DNA of 64,000 nt from the human T2T-CHM13v2.0 reference genome, Homo sapiens: NCBI RefSeq assembly GCF_009914755.1, contig NC_060930.1. One strand, given 5' to 3'. The position numbers were made by a program, and so were the translations under genes. The notes under the pieces were generated by a model, which was given only the letters and a program-made list of their open reading frames with translations, did no database searches and was not told the origin of the DNA. This document shows positions 12,047-31,209 of the stretch, in pieces; positions within the stretch are counted from its first letter, which is position 1, and each line of letters begins with the position of its first letter.

Positions 12047-15000
12047 TCTTAGAGGGAAAAAAAACAAACAAACGGAACTTAAAACTTTTGACCACTTAAG
12101 ATGTAACTATTTCTTTAAAAATATACTCTTTTGTCTTTTGTTCAACAGAATATATTTCAGAGTTCCAAAAAATAAATTTTAACATTAAATACATACTCTA
12201 TTGTATTTTGTTTTTCTCTTTTTTGACTACATCCCAATCTGTAAATTTTTTACTACAAACTAATATTTACAAGAGTGGAGAAATTTCATATAACATTTCA
12301 CACTAAAACAACCTGCAATTTCAAAAATTGATCATATGTATAGAAAACTGACTTGTGAGCTGCACTTTTGATTATTCAGTGAATTGCACCAGCATGTTAA
12401 TGTGCTCACAGGTAAGAAGTATAAGTCATATTTATATAGTAAATAAGCTTATTTTAAAACTATGTTTTATAAGGTAACATTAAATCAATTATGCTGTAAA
12501 ATTTAAAATTGAGTGTATTTTACTTTTATAAATTAATACATTTCTTCCCTCTGCTATCATGTGATAGCAGAGTCCTCAGATGCTTCAAATAGAAGTCAGT
12601 AAAGTGCAATAATAATATGATCTTCTTAAACAACTGACATAATCAAAGTAAATCTTTTGGAAGTTCATTTGTTCAAAGTGAAACATCCAACATTGTTGTA
12701 AATTTTATTGTAAATCAGGTTTAAAACGTCAACATTAAGAAAAAATATCACTCACTTTTGCAGAGAAAATGCAAATAAAAATTCTATAGTAACACTAAAA
12801 TTATCCCTATAAAAGCAAACAATTAAAATGTAAAAATTTAATTTTAAATGGAATATAAAGTTTAATTTTGAAATTTAACATTTGCTCTTCTGAAGTATTT
12901 CAACCGGTAACAATATTTCTTTTTTATATGTATTCTTTCCTTGTGGGCTAAATAAATATTCAACCATGATGGACTAAAGTTGAAAACGCCTATAAATTTG
13001 CAAATCAAATTTGCAAAACACTCAATAACTATAAAGAAATACTGTAAATTTTGACTTGTAAAAGTGTTTGATAAAGAAAGGTATTCTAAATAGGAGCAAA
13101 AAGACAGTAATATGTAAAATATTTTTGCCAAACTATTTACAGTCCAAATTAAAAAAAATATCGACTTGAGAATAACTTGCATGTAGCAGAATTTGTTGAG
13201 TTTACTATGAATTGACAACTTAAGAGTTAGTAGTTTCTCAATGTAAAATCATATGAACATTAGAAGAAATGTAAACAGAGATAAAAATTAAAGTTTAACT
13301 TCATCTTAACCACAATATGCAATTTTGAAAAAAAAATGCTGGTAATTTTGGAAAAATTAAAACGCTTAAGACAATATTTAAAAAAACTCAAGATACTACT
13401 AAAATTATTAAAGCCATATTTGACTGAGTATTAAATTAAGTAAATGAATATTAAGAATAATTTTATGCTATTTTAAGAATTTAAGTTACCCAGTGTATTT
13501 AATTTTCTTTTAATATGCATACATATGGTATTTTTTCATATATACTTTTATGTTTTGAAAATAATTTTTGAAGGATATATGCTATAGGTATGCTATAAGT
13601 AATGTACAACAAAGTTGTTGGTTGACAGCATGTTTGTAAAATGTTATATAAATTTGATTATTTTTATTGTCTCCTTACACTGTCAAATCTGTCATTCTAT
13701 AGACATAAGTTACGTAATCACCAGTTTTAGGATTTGACATTTTCTTGGAAACCTGGAAGCCACCCTTGTTTCACTGTTGGTGAAGACTGGCTTGCTTCAA
13801 GTTCACTGATATCCTTCAAAGTAGCTTACTTTAACAAGGGACTAGAATACACATTTTTTCATCTGCCCTTGGAGGGGTCATCTTGCTTTATTTTATACTT
13901 TCTTAGATTTTAACTAACTTGAATCCTCTCTATATTTTTAGCTGCTCCATACTTTTTAAAATATGCATTATAAATTTTGTTTAGACATATTTTGAAAATT
14001 TTCTTCAGTGGAATCTTTAATTTGTAGTTCTTGTCTGACCTTATGAGATACTTTGGCATTGAAGTGGAAGTTAAACCTATGAAAAATTGCATATACACTA
14101 TTACAACTCTCTTCTCTCTTTTGAATAATAGTGTGGTATAATTTACACCAGGACCAAGGTCTTCTGACATTTTAGCTTCCAGTCATTACCTTTGGACACT
14201 GCCACTCTTATTTTTAATTGGACATTTCTTAGAAGAACATAGAAATCAGATGTTCTTATTTACTTTTTATTCTACATAAATTCATACATATGAATGCATT
14301 TTCTTGTAGATTGTAGAATGACACTTTTAAAATCAAAGTACACAAGTTGTGTAAGGAAATACTTCTATTTATAAATGTCCTACAAGTTAACCAAATTAAA
14401 CTACCATCATTTTGTGACAAAATAATTGAAACAAAATCTGGACTATGCGGCCCCTTAGAACCTTGCGAAATGTCTAATTTATCAAAATAATAAATATATA
14501 ATTTACAATTTTTTATTAATCTCAAGTATGCTGCTCTTCTTACACATTCAGATGTGTTTTAATGAAGTAATTAATCTACAGTGACAAAGCCCTTTCCACA
14601 ACAATTAAGTGCTAAGCATTAGTAAAAAACACCTTTACTTATTTTTTCTTTTTCAATAGCCTAATTCAGCATTTACCAAACAAAAGTTGAGCAGGATATA
14701 ACAAGCTTTTCCTCAATTTCTGTGGTCAGATAAGCAGATGTGAAACATTAATTGCTTCAGGGAGTTAAATAGATTGGTTTATCATAGAATGTTTTAAACC
14801 CTTCAGTATGACCACATGCAGTAATAATCTCTAAAGAAGTATATGATAATTACCCAAATCTGTTTACCCGCAGTCTATTTCTTTTTCACTTCTCTGGAAT
14901 AAGAATTGCATATCTTTGCCTCTTCCTAGAATATAGGACATGCAATAAGTAATTATGATATTTGGAAAGAAGTTAGAATTTGACCTTATTACAAAGAGAA

Positions 15001-15099
15001 ATAGGTCAATTGAAACAAACCAAGGGACAGTACAGATGTGTAAATTGTCATACAAGGGCTATAAATATTCAAATATCTTAAAGGATTAAGTTAAAAAAT

Positions 15100-16420
15100 T
15101 AATGTGTGAAAATTTAGGAGCAAAATTTAGCAAAACATAGGTGAATAAAATCTATGTAACACTTGAATTTGAAGAGATTGCAGTAGAAATTATTCAAATT
15201 GAAAGCCAAACAAAGAGTATCAAAACATAGATTCTCTAGGGACTGTAGACATATCACATGTTTAACTGAAGTCTTAGGGATAAATAAATGAATGCTATTG
15301 GACAACAAATTCATGTATATAAAAAAACCAACACTTTTCTACAATTGTTGAAATATGAAACAACAGAACAAAAAAATTTAGACAAACCTAGTTCTAGATG
15401 CTTGATGAATTGCCACACTTTCACAATGGTTGAACTAATTTACACTCCCACCAACCGTGTAAGGGAAGTCCTATTTCTCCACATCCTCTCCAGCATTTAT
15501 TGTTTCCTGACTTTTTAATGATCAGCATTCCAACTGGTGTGAGATGGTATCCATCAATAATAGACTGGATAAAGAAAATGTGGTACATATACACCATGGA
15601 ATACTATACAGCCATAAAAAAGGATGAGTTCATGTCCTTTGCAGAGACATGGATGAAGCTGGAAACCATCATTCTCAGCAAACTAACACAATAGCAGAAA
15701 ACCAAACACCACATGTTCACACTCATAAGTGGGAGTTGAACAAGAGAACACATGAACACAGGGAGGAAAACATCACACACCAGGGCCTGTCAGGGGGTGG
15801 AGGGCTGGGGGAGGGATAACATTAGGAGAAATTCCTAATGTAGGTGACGGGTTGATAGGTGCAGCAAGCCACCATGGCACGTACATACCTATGTAACAGA
15901 ACTGCACATTTGCATGTATACCCCAGAACTTAAAGTATAATTAAAAAAACAAAAAGAACAAAAAATTAGACAAACCTAAAAAATATGAATACAAAGAAAA
16001 CCCAACAAGCCTATCAGTGTAAAATCTGAAACTGAAGAAAGGAAGAAATCTTTAAAAATAACATCTAAAAGGACACATTACACAGAGTAACAATAATAAG
16101 AATGATGACCAAGTTCCATCAGAAACAATAGCTTCAAAATGACAATGGAATAATGTTTAAAGTGTTAAAAGAATAAAAATTCATTAACAATGTGGAGCAT
16201 AATAAGAAGTAAAAATTAATATATGTAAAATATTATGCAAATTGAAGACCTTTTAAAACAGACATCTGAGATAATTTGTCTTTAGAAGACCTGCACTACA
16301 AGAAATGCTAAAAGAAGTACCTACAGTATAAGAAAAATAATACCAGATGGAAGTCAGAAAGGAATGAAGAACACCAGAAAGTAAATATGTGAGAAAATCT
16401 AAAAAAAAGTAAATTAAATT
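15100..16420 (+). mobile_element. Ancient L1 (L1ME-like) ORF1-region fragments flanking the L1PA insertion
   Basis: A-rich, degenerate ORF1-like sequence (gtagaaattattcaaattgaa; catcagaaacaat; agacctgcactacaagaaatgctaaaagaagt). Confidence 0.55.
15390..15965 (+). mobile_element. 5'-inverted (twin-primed) L1PA 3' fragment (L1PA7/8-like)
   Basis: 15390-15550 is antisense ORF2 C-terminal sequence. 15551-15950 is sense ORF2 end plus 3'UTR and A-tail. TSD core ttagacaaacct at 15378-15389 and 15966-15977. Confidence 0.9.
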
Positions 16421-16662
16421 TGTCATTATATTCTCTCTCTCTCATCAACCCCCACCCCACACAAACACAGATACAAGCTACAATGTGGATAAACCATCAA
16501 AACATTTTGTTAAGTCAAAGAAACTAGACACAAAAGGTCAAACATTTTATTATTCTTTTGCATAAAATATCTAGAATAGACAAAATACAGGTTGTTGGTT
16601 GTCAGTGGCTGAAGAGGGGGAGAATGAGGACAAACTACTTCATGAGTAAAAGATTTTGCTTT

Positions 16663-16954
16663 GGGACAGTGCAGTGGCTCACACCTGTAATCCCAGCACT
16701 TTGGGAGGCCCAGGCGGGAAGATCACGAGATCAGAAGATAGAGAGCATCCTGGCTAACACAGTGAAACCCTGTCTCTACTAAAAATACAAAAAAATTAGC
16801 CGGGAATGGTGGCACGCCCCTATAGTTCCAGATACTCGGAAGGGTGAGGCAAGAGAGAACATAGGAGGCAGAGGTGGCCGCTGCTGAGCTGAGATCACGC
16901 CACTGCACTCTAGCCTGGGCGACAAAGCGAGACTCCATCTCAAAAAAAAAAAAA
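16663..16954 (+). mobile_element. Alu (AluY/AluSc8-like)
   Basis: Dimer with catcctggctaacacagtg and poly(A). Confidence 0.93.
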
Positions 16955-17069
16955 GTGTTTAAAATTTGACACAAAACAGCTAAAATGTAAAATTGACAAA
17001 TGTACAAAATATTTTGATATCTTAATACTATACTGCTGTCTTACAAAGTAATCGATCAATAGCCGTAAT

Positions 17070-21110
<4,041 letters not shown>

Positions 21111-21179
21111 AAAAATGTATTATTGGTATACAGTTGGTTTGTTGGTCGAGTATTAGTAATGCCTTAAAAAGAACTATTC

Positions 21180-21496
<317 letters not shown>

Positions 21497-24400
21497 TTAT
21501 TTTTATTTTGTGTTATCTAATCCTTTATATATTTGTAAGATAGTTAACTAGTCTGTGAATTGAAACACAATATTTATCTTACTTTGATTTATTCATGAGT
21601 AAAATAATGAACTTTAATGCAAAAACCTCCCTATATTAAAAATAATTAAGATAAATTATCATTTAAGAATTGTGAATAAGGGTTATACACATTTTATTTG
21701 GAGTTCTTCAGAATTTTAGCTTTTTCCATCTTGGTCATACCTTTCCTATAGAAGTAAAGGAGACGTGTCCTTTGCAAGGACACATAATTGCAATCTTTAT
21801 TTGCTTGTTCTCAGTGGCTCTTCTCATTATACTTTGCTGTGACTTAACAGCCTCCTTAGAGCATGTCATACAGTAATGGCCACCTTATTCATGAGAATGA
21901 TGTGATGCAATACTAGGCAGCCACTAGGCTTGAAGAAAAGGCAACTTTACAGTATTTTCTTAACTAATAGTGCAAAAATTGTCAAAGCCAACCAATTTCT
22001 CTTCTATTTTTATACGTAAAACATTTCTAAAGCCAGATGCTGAAAATCATTGATATACCTTACGAGAAAGTTCTTACCTTCTTTTGTAAATTGTTAACAC
22101 CAATAATAAGTGACAGGGAAAATAATTACATTATTATCAGGCTGCTCAAAGGAATATCACACCAGTTCCAGTCCAGAGTAATTTTCTTTATAAATCCACT
22201 CATGTCTGTGTGTATGTATAATGGTTTTCTTCTGAGGAATTCAAAGTCCTACACTTAACTACCTCATTTATTTCTAAAATGTATCCTTAAAAATATGTCA
22301 TGATTAAAAGTGAAAACAAAAATAGAAAGTATTTATATATCAGCTAAGTGAAATGTATTATTCCAACATGCTGGTGACTGCAGCCATGGGTTTAAGAGAA
22401 TAAAAAATAAACAAATACTGTGCATTTGTCCACTAATCTGTTATTGCAGATTTTTACACTGCTATACAATAATATCTTTGTATGTTGCACTCTGAATGAA
22501 AAGTAATTATTAAATAAAAAATAACACATCACATAATTTCTGCAAGGTTTAAAATATTATTTGTATATTTCAATACCACTATTCCTTTTGCCAATTTCAA
22601 ATTATGCCATATACAGCCCTTGTTATGTAAAACAAGTAAACTTTTAAAAGCTGCATATCTTTTCATGGTATTTTATTTCTTTGGTATATGAATACCAAAA
22701 TTATTTGGAATGCTGACCAAAGACAGAGCTGTGGGCAGATTTTGTTCTGATATAAAAATTTTGATTTCTTTTCTGTACGCATTTAATCAAAAATAGATTA
22801 AGCATTTGAACTTCCAGAGATATTTATTAAGAATTGAAATAACATCCTGACTCCCTCCCAGATCTTTCTGTGGTCAGTAGAGTCTCTCCTGCTAATATAT
22901 CTAGATATTGGCTGATATCTGCCAAGAGAGTAGTTAAACTCTTAGAGCAGGTTCTCAGTGGGGCTATGATTTTAAAGTTACTGTGTAATGGAGTGTATTA
23001 CCATTTACCATATGATGAGATAGTCTGTCAGCCAGGGAGCTGTTTAAAGTTATATATAGGTCAAATGAGCCAAAAAGAGCAAAGGAAGATCAAGAACATT
23101 GAGTATCTCAAAAGTAAAAGGATCAAAATATTTTAGGTAACAGGTGATTTATTCCAATGTTTGTCTTAACTCTATTGATGAAGTTTATTATGAATTGTTG
23201 AATGCAGTAAGTGAAATGTATTTCAAGGTCGTGCATTTTTCCTTATGAGCAACCGTATGGTATACATGTCCTATTTCTACAAATGGTTTTATATATTACT
23301 ATTTCTACTTACTAATGAAAGGTATCTTGACATTTCCAATTATCACTTCTGGGATCAAATTATGTTTTCATCTCATTAAGAATCACCAAATGATTTTTTC
23401 CTGAGTTTTTATCAGCTAAAACTATCATTCATCTACCATTCACTGTTTAAAGATACTGAATAATGTTACATGATGAAAAGAAAAATATTTCATCTGTATT
23501 TCCAAAGTCACCTTCACTATTAAGAGTACTGTACCCACCTTCAAGTATGGCAGTGTTTAATATGTGAGTAATTGTAGGGTTTATAACAGGAAATACATTA
23601 TTTTTCTTACTCTGTAGCATAGACTGAAAATCAGAAATTAAAAAAATTAAAAATTAATTAAATTACACCTTAACTCCCAACCAAATGAACATTGGTATTA
23701 AACAGATTATAAACATGTCTGTAATTAGAAATTTTCTATTTACCTTGTTATAATTTATGCAAAAATATGAATCAGTATAACTTTCACTTATGGTTACATA
23801 TTTTATATTATTATTAACAAATCTGTTAAAATTATTTATAATGGTGAATGTTTTCTAAGAGACCAACTAGAAAATACTGAGAACAAAGAAAATATTAAAA
23901 ATTATGCATATGAGAAAGACAGAATATAGCAAATGTCAGACAAAATCTGCTGCTTTAAGGATAAGATCATTTTCCGGTGAAGAAAGACAAATCCTACATT
24001 AGGTAAATGCTAGTCTTGTATCCAAAATTCTGAAGACAAGTTATAAACTAGCTCTTTACTGTTTTACGTTTATTATTTTTTTACACCCTCTATTTGTTAA
24101 AAAAGAGTCTCAAATTAGTAATACACAAGTGATACAAATATGAGAAAGGAATTTGTAAGCCATAGATTCTCATTCATATGTGTATTATTATTCTATTGTT
24201 ATTAAGAAATATATATATTTATATACAGATATATATTTGTGTATGTATATGTGTGTGTGTATATATATATACAGAAACAGAGATCTCAGCTTCACTAGAA
24301 TAAAATAATTATTTTGACAAAACATAGAAAATTCTGTTTATATGTAGGATAATACAAAATTATGGAAGTATTTGGTGAAAGAGAAGTAGAAATTTTGGAC

Positions 24401-26359
24401 TCACATAATTGGTGCAAAAGTTATGCTTCAAAATAGAATTAATTTGTCAGTAATATTCAGAATCATGTCTGTTTTAATAAGCTAACATTTCTGAAATATG
24501 TATTATTGTGCATAACAGTTTCCTATGTGGCTTTAAAAATATTATTTAATTTTGCAAATGCATGGAAAAGGCCCTACTTTTATTCTACTCTTAAAACTTA
24601 ATAAACTGTGTGTCTCTGAGTCACAAAGAATTTAAATAACTTGATTGAGGGAATGTATCTAGAGAGTATTAGGTCTGGGGTATGAGCATACCCAGCTATA
24701 CTCTCCTTATCATGTAGTGCATGCCCTTATGTAAATCATATAAATAATTAATATTGGGACAATGAAACAGTTTGTGTGTTTTTTTTTTCCAGATTTCCAG
24801 AAATAAAAAGAAGGAAAACAAATGAGTAACTATGAGTTAGGGATTAAGAAAACTATAGACAAAAACAGGTAGATGATATACCATTGACACCCTCCTCTGC
24901 CCCTCACCTCTCCTTGTGGAAGAACTATGTTAGATATCACAAATAACTAGTCTACATAGTGAGAGTTTTGATGGTGGAAGGGAGTTTTGGAATGAAAAAG
25001 TTAGTTATCTTTATTCCGCCATCTTTTTCTTCTTTCCCAAGAGTATAAATTTGGGTCTCGAAACCTGGGAAGAGAGAATTTATTTCTAGATATGGTTTCT
25101 ATTTGGGAAATAATTGCTCTTGATCCTTAAAAACACAGGTAAATCAGAAGAAAGCATTTGTGTGTTTAAACTTAAGTATTTATGTTTATACTTAAGTACT
25201 TACGGTTAGCTTTAGCTTTTTATTGGAGTAGGGCTAATGAGTCACCAACTTTTTCTTATATGTAATCCTATCCATGGATTTGGTATAAATTATTTGCTGA
25301 GAATGAGAAGTACACATATCTTCTGCTCTTAAAAATCTGTACACAACAGTAGGCAAGTAAGCATCATACAGATATGACAGAGGAAACAGAACTCTGAAAG
25401 GGTAGGAGAAGTTTGACATATATGAAAACAAATACAGCACAGTAGGTATTCAAATATCAGAGTCAAAATAAGAAAATAGCAAAATGAAAAGTCAGATGAA
25501 AGAGTACTGAATGAGAAAGACTTCCTCTTGGTTGGGAAATGTTTCTTTGTTTTTAGCAAGAATAGGACCAAACTTTGATTATACTCTCGTAGTATGTGCA
25601 GTGAAAAATTAATCAGTGGGAGCATCTGTTTGAAATATTCTTACAATAAAGGGAAAAAGGTTTTTTATAGGAAATCATTCAAGTTTGATAGGAACTTGGT
25701 TTGAGATGTCATAGGATAACAGGAACCATATTACTGACTTTATAATTAGGTATGGGAAAACTCAAAGAAAAAAATTGCATTTTAGGTATTTGGGACAGAA
25801 AAGGATTCAAATAGAAAATCAGAAATTTATGCAACTTTGAAAGGGCTGGAAGAGCAAAAGTTAGGAAAATTATTACTAATGTAAAGGGACTCCAGAATTG
25901 AGGAAATGGAAATGAAGCCATTGATTATGACTTCAGTTGCCAACAGCATTGAAGTCATTCTCACCGGATGATCTGAAGCTGCTGACAGTATTCCTTGTCA
26001 GGTAACTGCTAATTCCGGCACAGTCACTGAGGCTTGCTTGCGTGCTTTCATTGTCTTAACTCTAGTAGGAGAAAATTTTGGGAAATAGAGCTTAACAACT
26101 ATAAGAGTAAGAAGGGAACATGTGTGATGTTAAACTAACCACAGATAATCCACCACAGGTGTAAAGGTTAGAGACAAATACTCTTGACTGTAGTTCATGG
26201 ATGAGCTAATGAATACATGAGTTAGACTACTGGCAATGGAAGCTGAGAAGATGAATAAACCATGATATCTAGAGCTAATATTTGACAAATAGCTAGAATT
26301 TGTCAATGTTTACAATATGCTAGGAATAGGGCTGTAAAGTATATATTGATCCCACCTTC

Positions 26360-26630
26360 ATTTAACAAATACTGATCTATCTAGCATTTCCTTTGTATAA
26401 GGAAATATTCTAAAAGCTTCATAAATATGTGTTCAATTAATCGTCATAACTCTACAAAGTAGAAGCTCTTATTATCTCCCTTTTAAATGTAGAGAAATTA
26501 AGTAAAGAAGATCACAAAGCTAGTACCTTGCTAGAGTTCACACAGCTAGTTCTGAGCAGAGCTAGGATTTATACTCAAGCAATTTTGCTGGGAAATTCAT
26601 GCTCTGAAACAATACAGTATGGTGCCTCTA
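26360..26630 (-). mobile_element. MIR
   Basis: Core-like attatctcccttttaaatgtagagaaatt...cacacagctagt...gagctaggattt. Confidence 0.7.
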
Positions 26631-27597
26631 ATTCTTGCTTCATTGGGTTATCCTCCTTATGAGAAAAATACTCATTTTGACTTAAGTGGTAAAATTGAGA
26701 CCCAGAGATGTTAAATAATTTGCCCAATATGATTTTTATAGTAAAATATCTACATATTTTGACTTAATTTTATAGTTACAGGATTTGGTGGCCAATTAAC
26801 CATAGCAAAGTGAAGAGACACAGTGAAGATGATTTTCAAACTGCCTAACCTGGGAGAGCTGAAAAGCAGTGGTACAACTGAAAGAAATAATGTAGTAAAC
26901 CAGAGGGCCATATTTGAATATGTTATATTCAAAACTGGATGGGTTGAATCTGAAGCAATAACTGAGCATTCAAGCGGATATATTTTGTATTCAGTTACAC
27001 ATGTGGAATTGAAGCCAGGATAAAATGTTTAAGCCTAGAAAAAACTCAAGTCATCATCTTCTTAAAGATAATATTTAAAATTGTAGTTATTTACATGTAA
27101 GAAATGAGTTTCTTCTAAATAATAAAAGTACTGGTGCAGTGTATCTGAAATCTGACCCAAGCCTTAAATATTAAGGCAAGATTGGCAGAAGGACCATTTT
27201 CAATGTAATGATATTAAAATTATGAACTAGACTTAGGGAATAAGGGGTAAGATTCTCTCAGTAGTAATTTTAGAAATAGTAGGTCCTGGGGAGCACAAGA
27301 GGCAGGAATGATTGCTCAGAGAAAAAAAAATATATAATAGTAAAGTAATTAATTTCATGAAATTTTCACATACCCCAGTATCACATTTCATGCATCAGGT
27401 CAGACTAAACGGCATCTTCTAAAAACCTAGATGCTAGTTAAGATTACCCTGCCTCACATCCCCGTAATTTTTAATTATTCCCTAAATATGAACACATATA
27501 TTCATCTATTTTTTATTCTTCCACTTCTTTTATTTTTTCTGATGAAATTTTAATTCTGAAGGTTCTACCTAATGGAAAATAATTCCTTATATACCCT

Positions 27598-28201
27598 TGT
27601 TATAGACCACAGGCTCTTTGGCTCCTCATGTAATGGAAATTAACAAGGGGGCAAGCAGATTTCCCAAACAAGGCTTTTCTTTTAGGGCTTGTACTGCAGC
27701 TCAAGGAAGGCAGTGGAGACAACGCACAAGGATCCGTCAGGGGCTCCTGGAAAAAGCTAATAGGGATATTTCATCAGGCAAAGCTCAGAACTTTACATCG
27801 GGGTAGGGTATGCAGGCTGGGCAGGCCAAAGCACGTGACTGGTAGGCTATCGAGGTGAGCAAATCTGATTGCAATGTTTATCTTGTTAATGGGCCACCTG
27901 GTGGTCAGGACAAGGTAGCAAGGCTATAAATCAACTTCAGCAATGCTTTCAACGACGCGACACTCCACAATCTTAATTAGATATTTAAATCTTATAAGGC
28001 CAATTTCTGGTATTCCTTAGTACAAGGGATAGTTAAACATTATGAAAGCATAGCACAGTAGCTGTTTTCTTTGTGTGACTAAAGCCTCAAGGGTAGTGGG
28101 CATAGTGTCAGAGAGGTGGTTATGTGGGTTTTGTGAAGATAAGAAGAAAAAAAGAAAAAAAATGTGAAAAAGGAAATACATCCCACCCTTATTCTATCTC
28201 A
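27598..28201 (-). mobile_element. Solo ERV LTR (class I-like), family not assigned
   Basis: TG...CA termini (tgttatag...tatctca) and perfect 4-bp TSD CCCT (27594-27597, 28202-28205). GC-richer than its flanks. Orientation is inferred. Confidence 0.75.
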
Positions 28202-28888
28202 CCCTCACACTATTTAGTAAATATTTCTTCTGCTCTGTTAGCCTTAGGAATTAACTGATCCCTCAGCATTCCATAAACAATAATTGAGCTTCCCTCCATC
28301 ATATTTAAGGAAATTAGGGTTTTGGACTTGGGATCAGATTTCTTCACTCATTAATATCTCTTCTTGATCATTATTTGCATGCTTACATTAAAAAATATTT
28401 TAAATCACTTAATTATGCTGGGTTTCTTTTCTATATTTATTGGCAATTTGGACACTAGACTCAAAATCATTATTAGATTCTGCCATCATCCTGGATGAAT
28501 TAATGCAGCATTCATTTAGATAGCTACACCCAGAGTATCATTCAATCAGAACTCTCCTGGAAGCCTTATTTAAATCCCCTAATCTGCAGTTAGCTATATC
28601 ACTCCCTTATCCTACTTGCCCTCTACCCAACTATTTAAAGAAGGAATCTGAAACCATCCTAAATTCTACTTTTAATCACCTTCCATATCTGTTAATCATC
28701 ATAGCCTATTCAAGCCACCATCATTTCTTATCTTTGAATGAACACTGAAATGGTCTCTTAATTTCCTTTTGATTCCCCCCCTCTCCAGTCTATTTTCCAT
28801 ACCACATACAGAGTGATATTCTTAAATGAAAATTAATTATATCACTTTCCAATTGAACACCTTTGATTTTCTTTCTATTCCCTACAAC

Positions 28889-29110
28889 TAGGGTCAGCAA
28901 ACTTTTTCTGTAAACAACCAGATAGTAAATGTTTCAAGTTTTTCAGACCGTATGGTCTCTGTCTCAACTGCTCAATTCTAATACTATAGCACAAAGTAAA
29001 TCATAGATAATACATAAATCAAGGGATGTGGCTGGGTTTCGATGAAACTTTATTTACGAAACAAGAGGAAGACATGATTTGGCCCATGGGCTGCAGTTTT
29101 CCTACTTCTA
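28889..29110 (+). mobile_element. MER58A (hAT-Charlie DNA transposon)
   Basis: agggtcagcaaactttttctgtaaa...ccagatagtaaat...gatttggcccatgggctgcagttt; about 220 bp. Confidence 0.85.
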
Positions 29111-29367
29111 GTCTTCAGGATAAAGTTCAAAATCTTGACCATGCTTCTAAAGTCCTACTGCCCTAGTCACTCTTTCATATATTCTTTCCTGAATCTGGAG
29201 CACTCTTCTTGAAACAAATTTCTATTCTCTTTTTATTGTTACTATTTTGGTCTCTGCCTCTCAGTTCTTCACAGAAGGCTATCAGGACTTTTGATTAGGT
29301 AATATGATAATATGTTGCACGGCATTCTCTTTTTCTTCTTCTTTCACAGTTATTCATATTTCAGAAA

Positions 29368-29595
29368 AAGCATAGCTTAATAGTTTAGTGAATGGAGCCA
29401 CATTTCTTGGCTCAAAGCTCTACTCCATCAAATTCTTATGCAAGTTACTTAACCTCTCTGTGCCTGTTTTGCTCATCTATAAGATAGGTATAATAAAGTA
29501 CCTCTCTTACAAGATGTTACAAAAATTGAAAGAGTTAACATTTGTGAAGTGTTTAGAGTAGTGTCTGGCACGTAATTAGGCAAAATAACAGTTCA
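29368..29595 (+). mobile_element. MIR
   Basis: caagttacttaacctctctgtgcctgttttgctcatctataagatagg...gtgtctggcacgtaa. Confidence 0.8.
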
Positions 29596-30842
29596 TTCGT
29601 TTTCCCATTTCCCACTAAATCATAAGCACTAGAAGATAAACGGTATATGTCTTTTGTTTACTATAATATCTTCAGGATATGGTGCACAGAATGTATATTA
29701 TAAATATTTAATGAATTAACAAATAGATTGTATATATTATTCAACTATTATGTAAACTATTTAATCCCTTCACTTCTTCACTGTCCAATTGTTTGTTTGC
29801 CTGCTTTTAATCTGGTATATTCTCTAGTGCCTAAAATCTAGAATATAAATTCCAAAGGGCAACAAATGCTACATTCAGAACTGTACAACCACATAGTAGT
29901 TGATTGATAAATATTTGTGGACCAGTGTATACCTACTGAATATTATCAGATAAAGTCCCAGCTATCTAGACCCAAGTTCCTTTCTGATGCAAACACTGAA
30001 TTCTGCTCAAGCCTTACCTCTCACATTGTTTTTGTGTGTTTCAACCACACTGAAATAATTGGAGTTCACAACATCTCCCTATATGTCTATTCCTGCACAT
30101 ACACTCTTTGGATATTATAGAACACTTCTTACAATATTCACCCACCCGAAACATTTTTTCTTTGTAATACTATATGTAAGCTATGATTCAGTTTCCTAGT
30201 TAAATATTTATTTATTTTTTATAATAAAAATATTTCCTAATACCAAAACCTAGTTTAGATGCCACTTTTTTCATTTCTGTAGCAAAACAACCTGTGCTTA
30301 CTGAAATAAGTATTCACAAAATGAATATAAATGGCAAGTTTGTTTGTATTCCTTGTTAAATAAAGTTTATCTGTGCTAGGGACTATATTTTGCTCATTAT
30401 TACATCCTAAGAACTTAACACAGTGACTTGCAAAGAGTAAATATTCAATATCTATTTAATGAGTAAATGGAAATAAATGTACCTAGTACCTAGGTACTGA
30501 GTACCTAGTAGACTTAGTGTAAAAAATTACAAATTAATCTTATTGCATTTAAGAAATACATAATTTGGCCTATGTTTTGAGATTTAAGGTATGGAATCTA
30601 CATTTTATTTATAGTAAATTTCATTATAAACAAGAAGCAAATGTCATTTCAAAGGCTTAGAAGTGATAGGACATTTTTAAAATGTAGAAATATAGTGTTA
30701 GTGTTTGGTCATTAGCAGGTGATTAGATTGTCTAAATTTATAAAATTCACAGATTGAAGGGTTAGCTTTTATAAGAAACTATCATGCTGATTTGTCTATT
30801 TTAATCAGCATGTGTATGCTAGTCACATATTGTTACAGACAG

Positions 30843-31209
<367 letters not shown>

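Larger units (their letters stand above)
28600..29720 (+). mobile_element. L2 3' fragments (interrupted by MER58 and MIR)
   Basis: caagccaccatcatttct...cagagtgatattcttaaat; ends taaatatttaatgaattaa. Confidence 0.55.

Noticed and set aside
25920-25985. Possible C/D snoRNA (tgat...ctga motifs)
   Set aside because: There is no canonical RTGATGA C box with a terminal stem.
30477-30812. Short palindromes and hairpins (agtacctaggtact; catgctgatt...aatcagcatg; also 25170-25197)
   Set aside because: Arms of 10 bp or less are expected by chance in AT-rich DNA.
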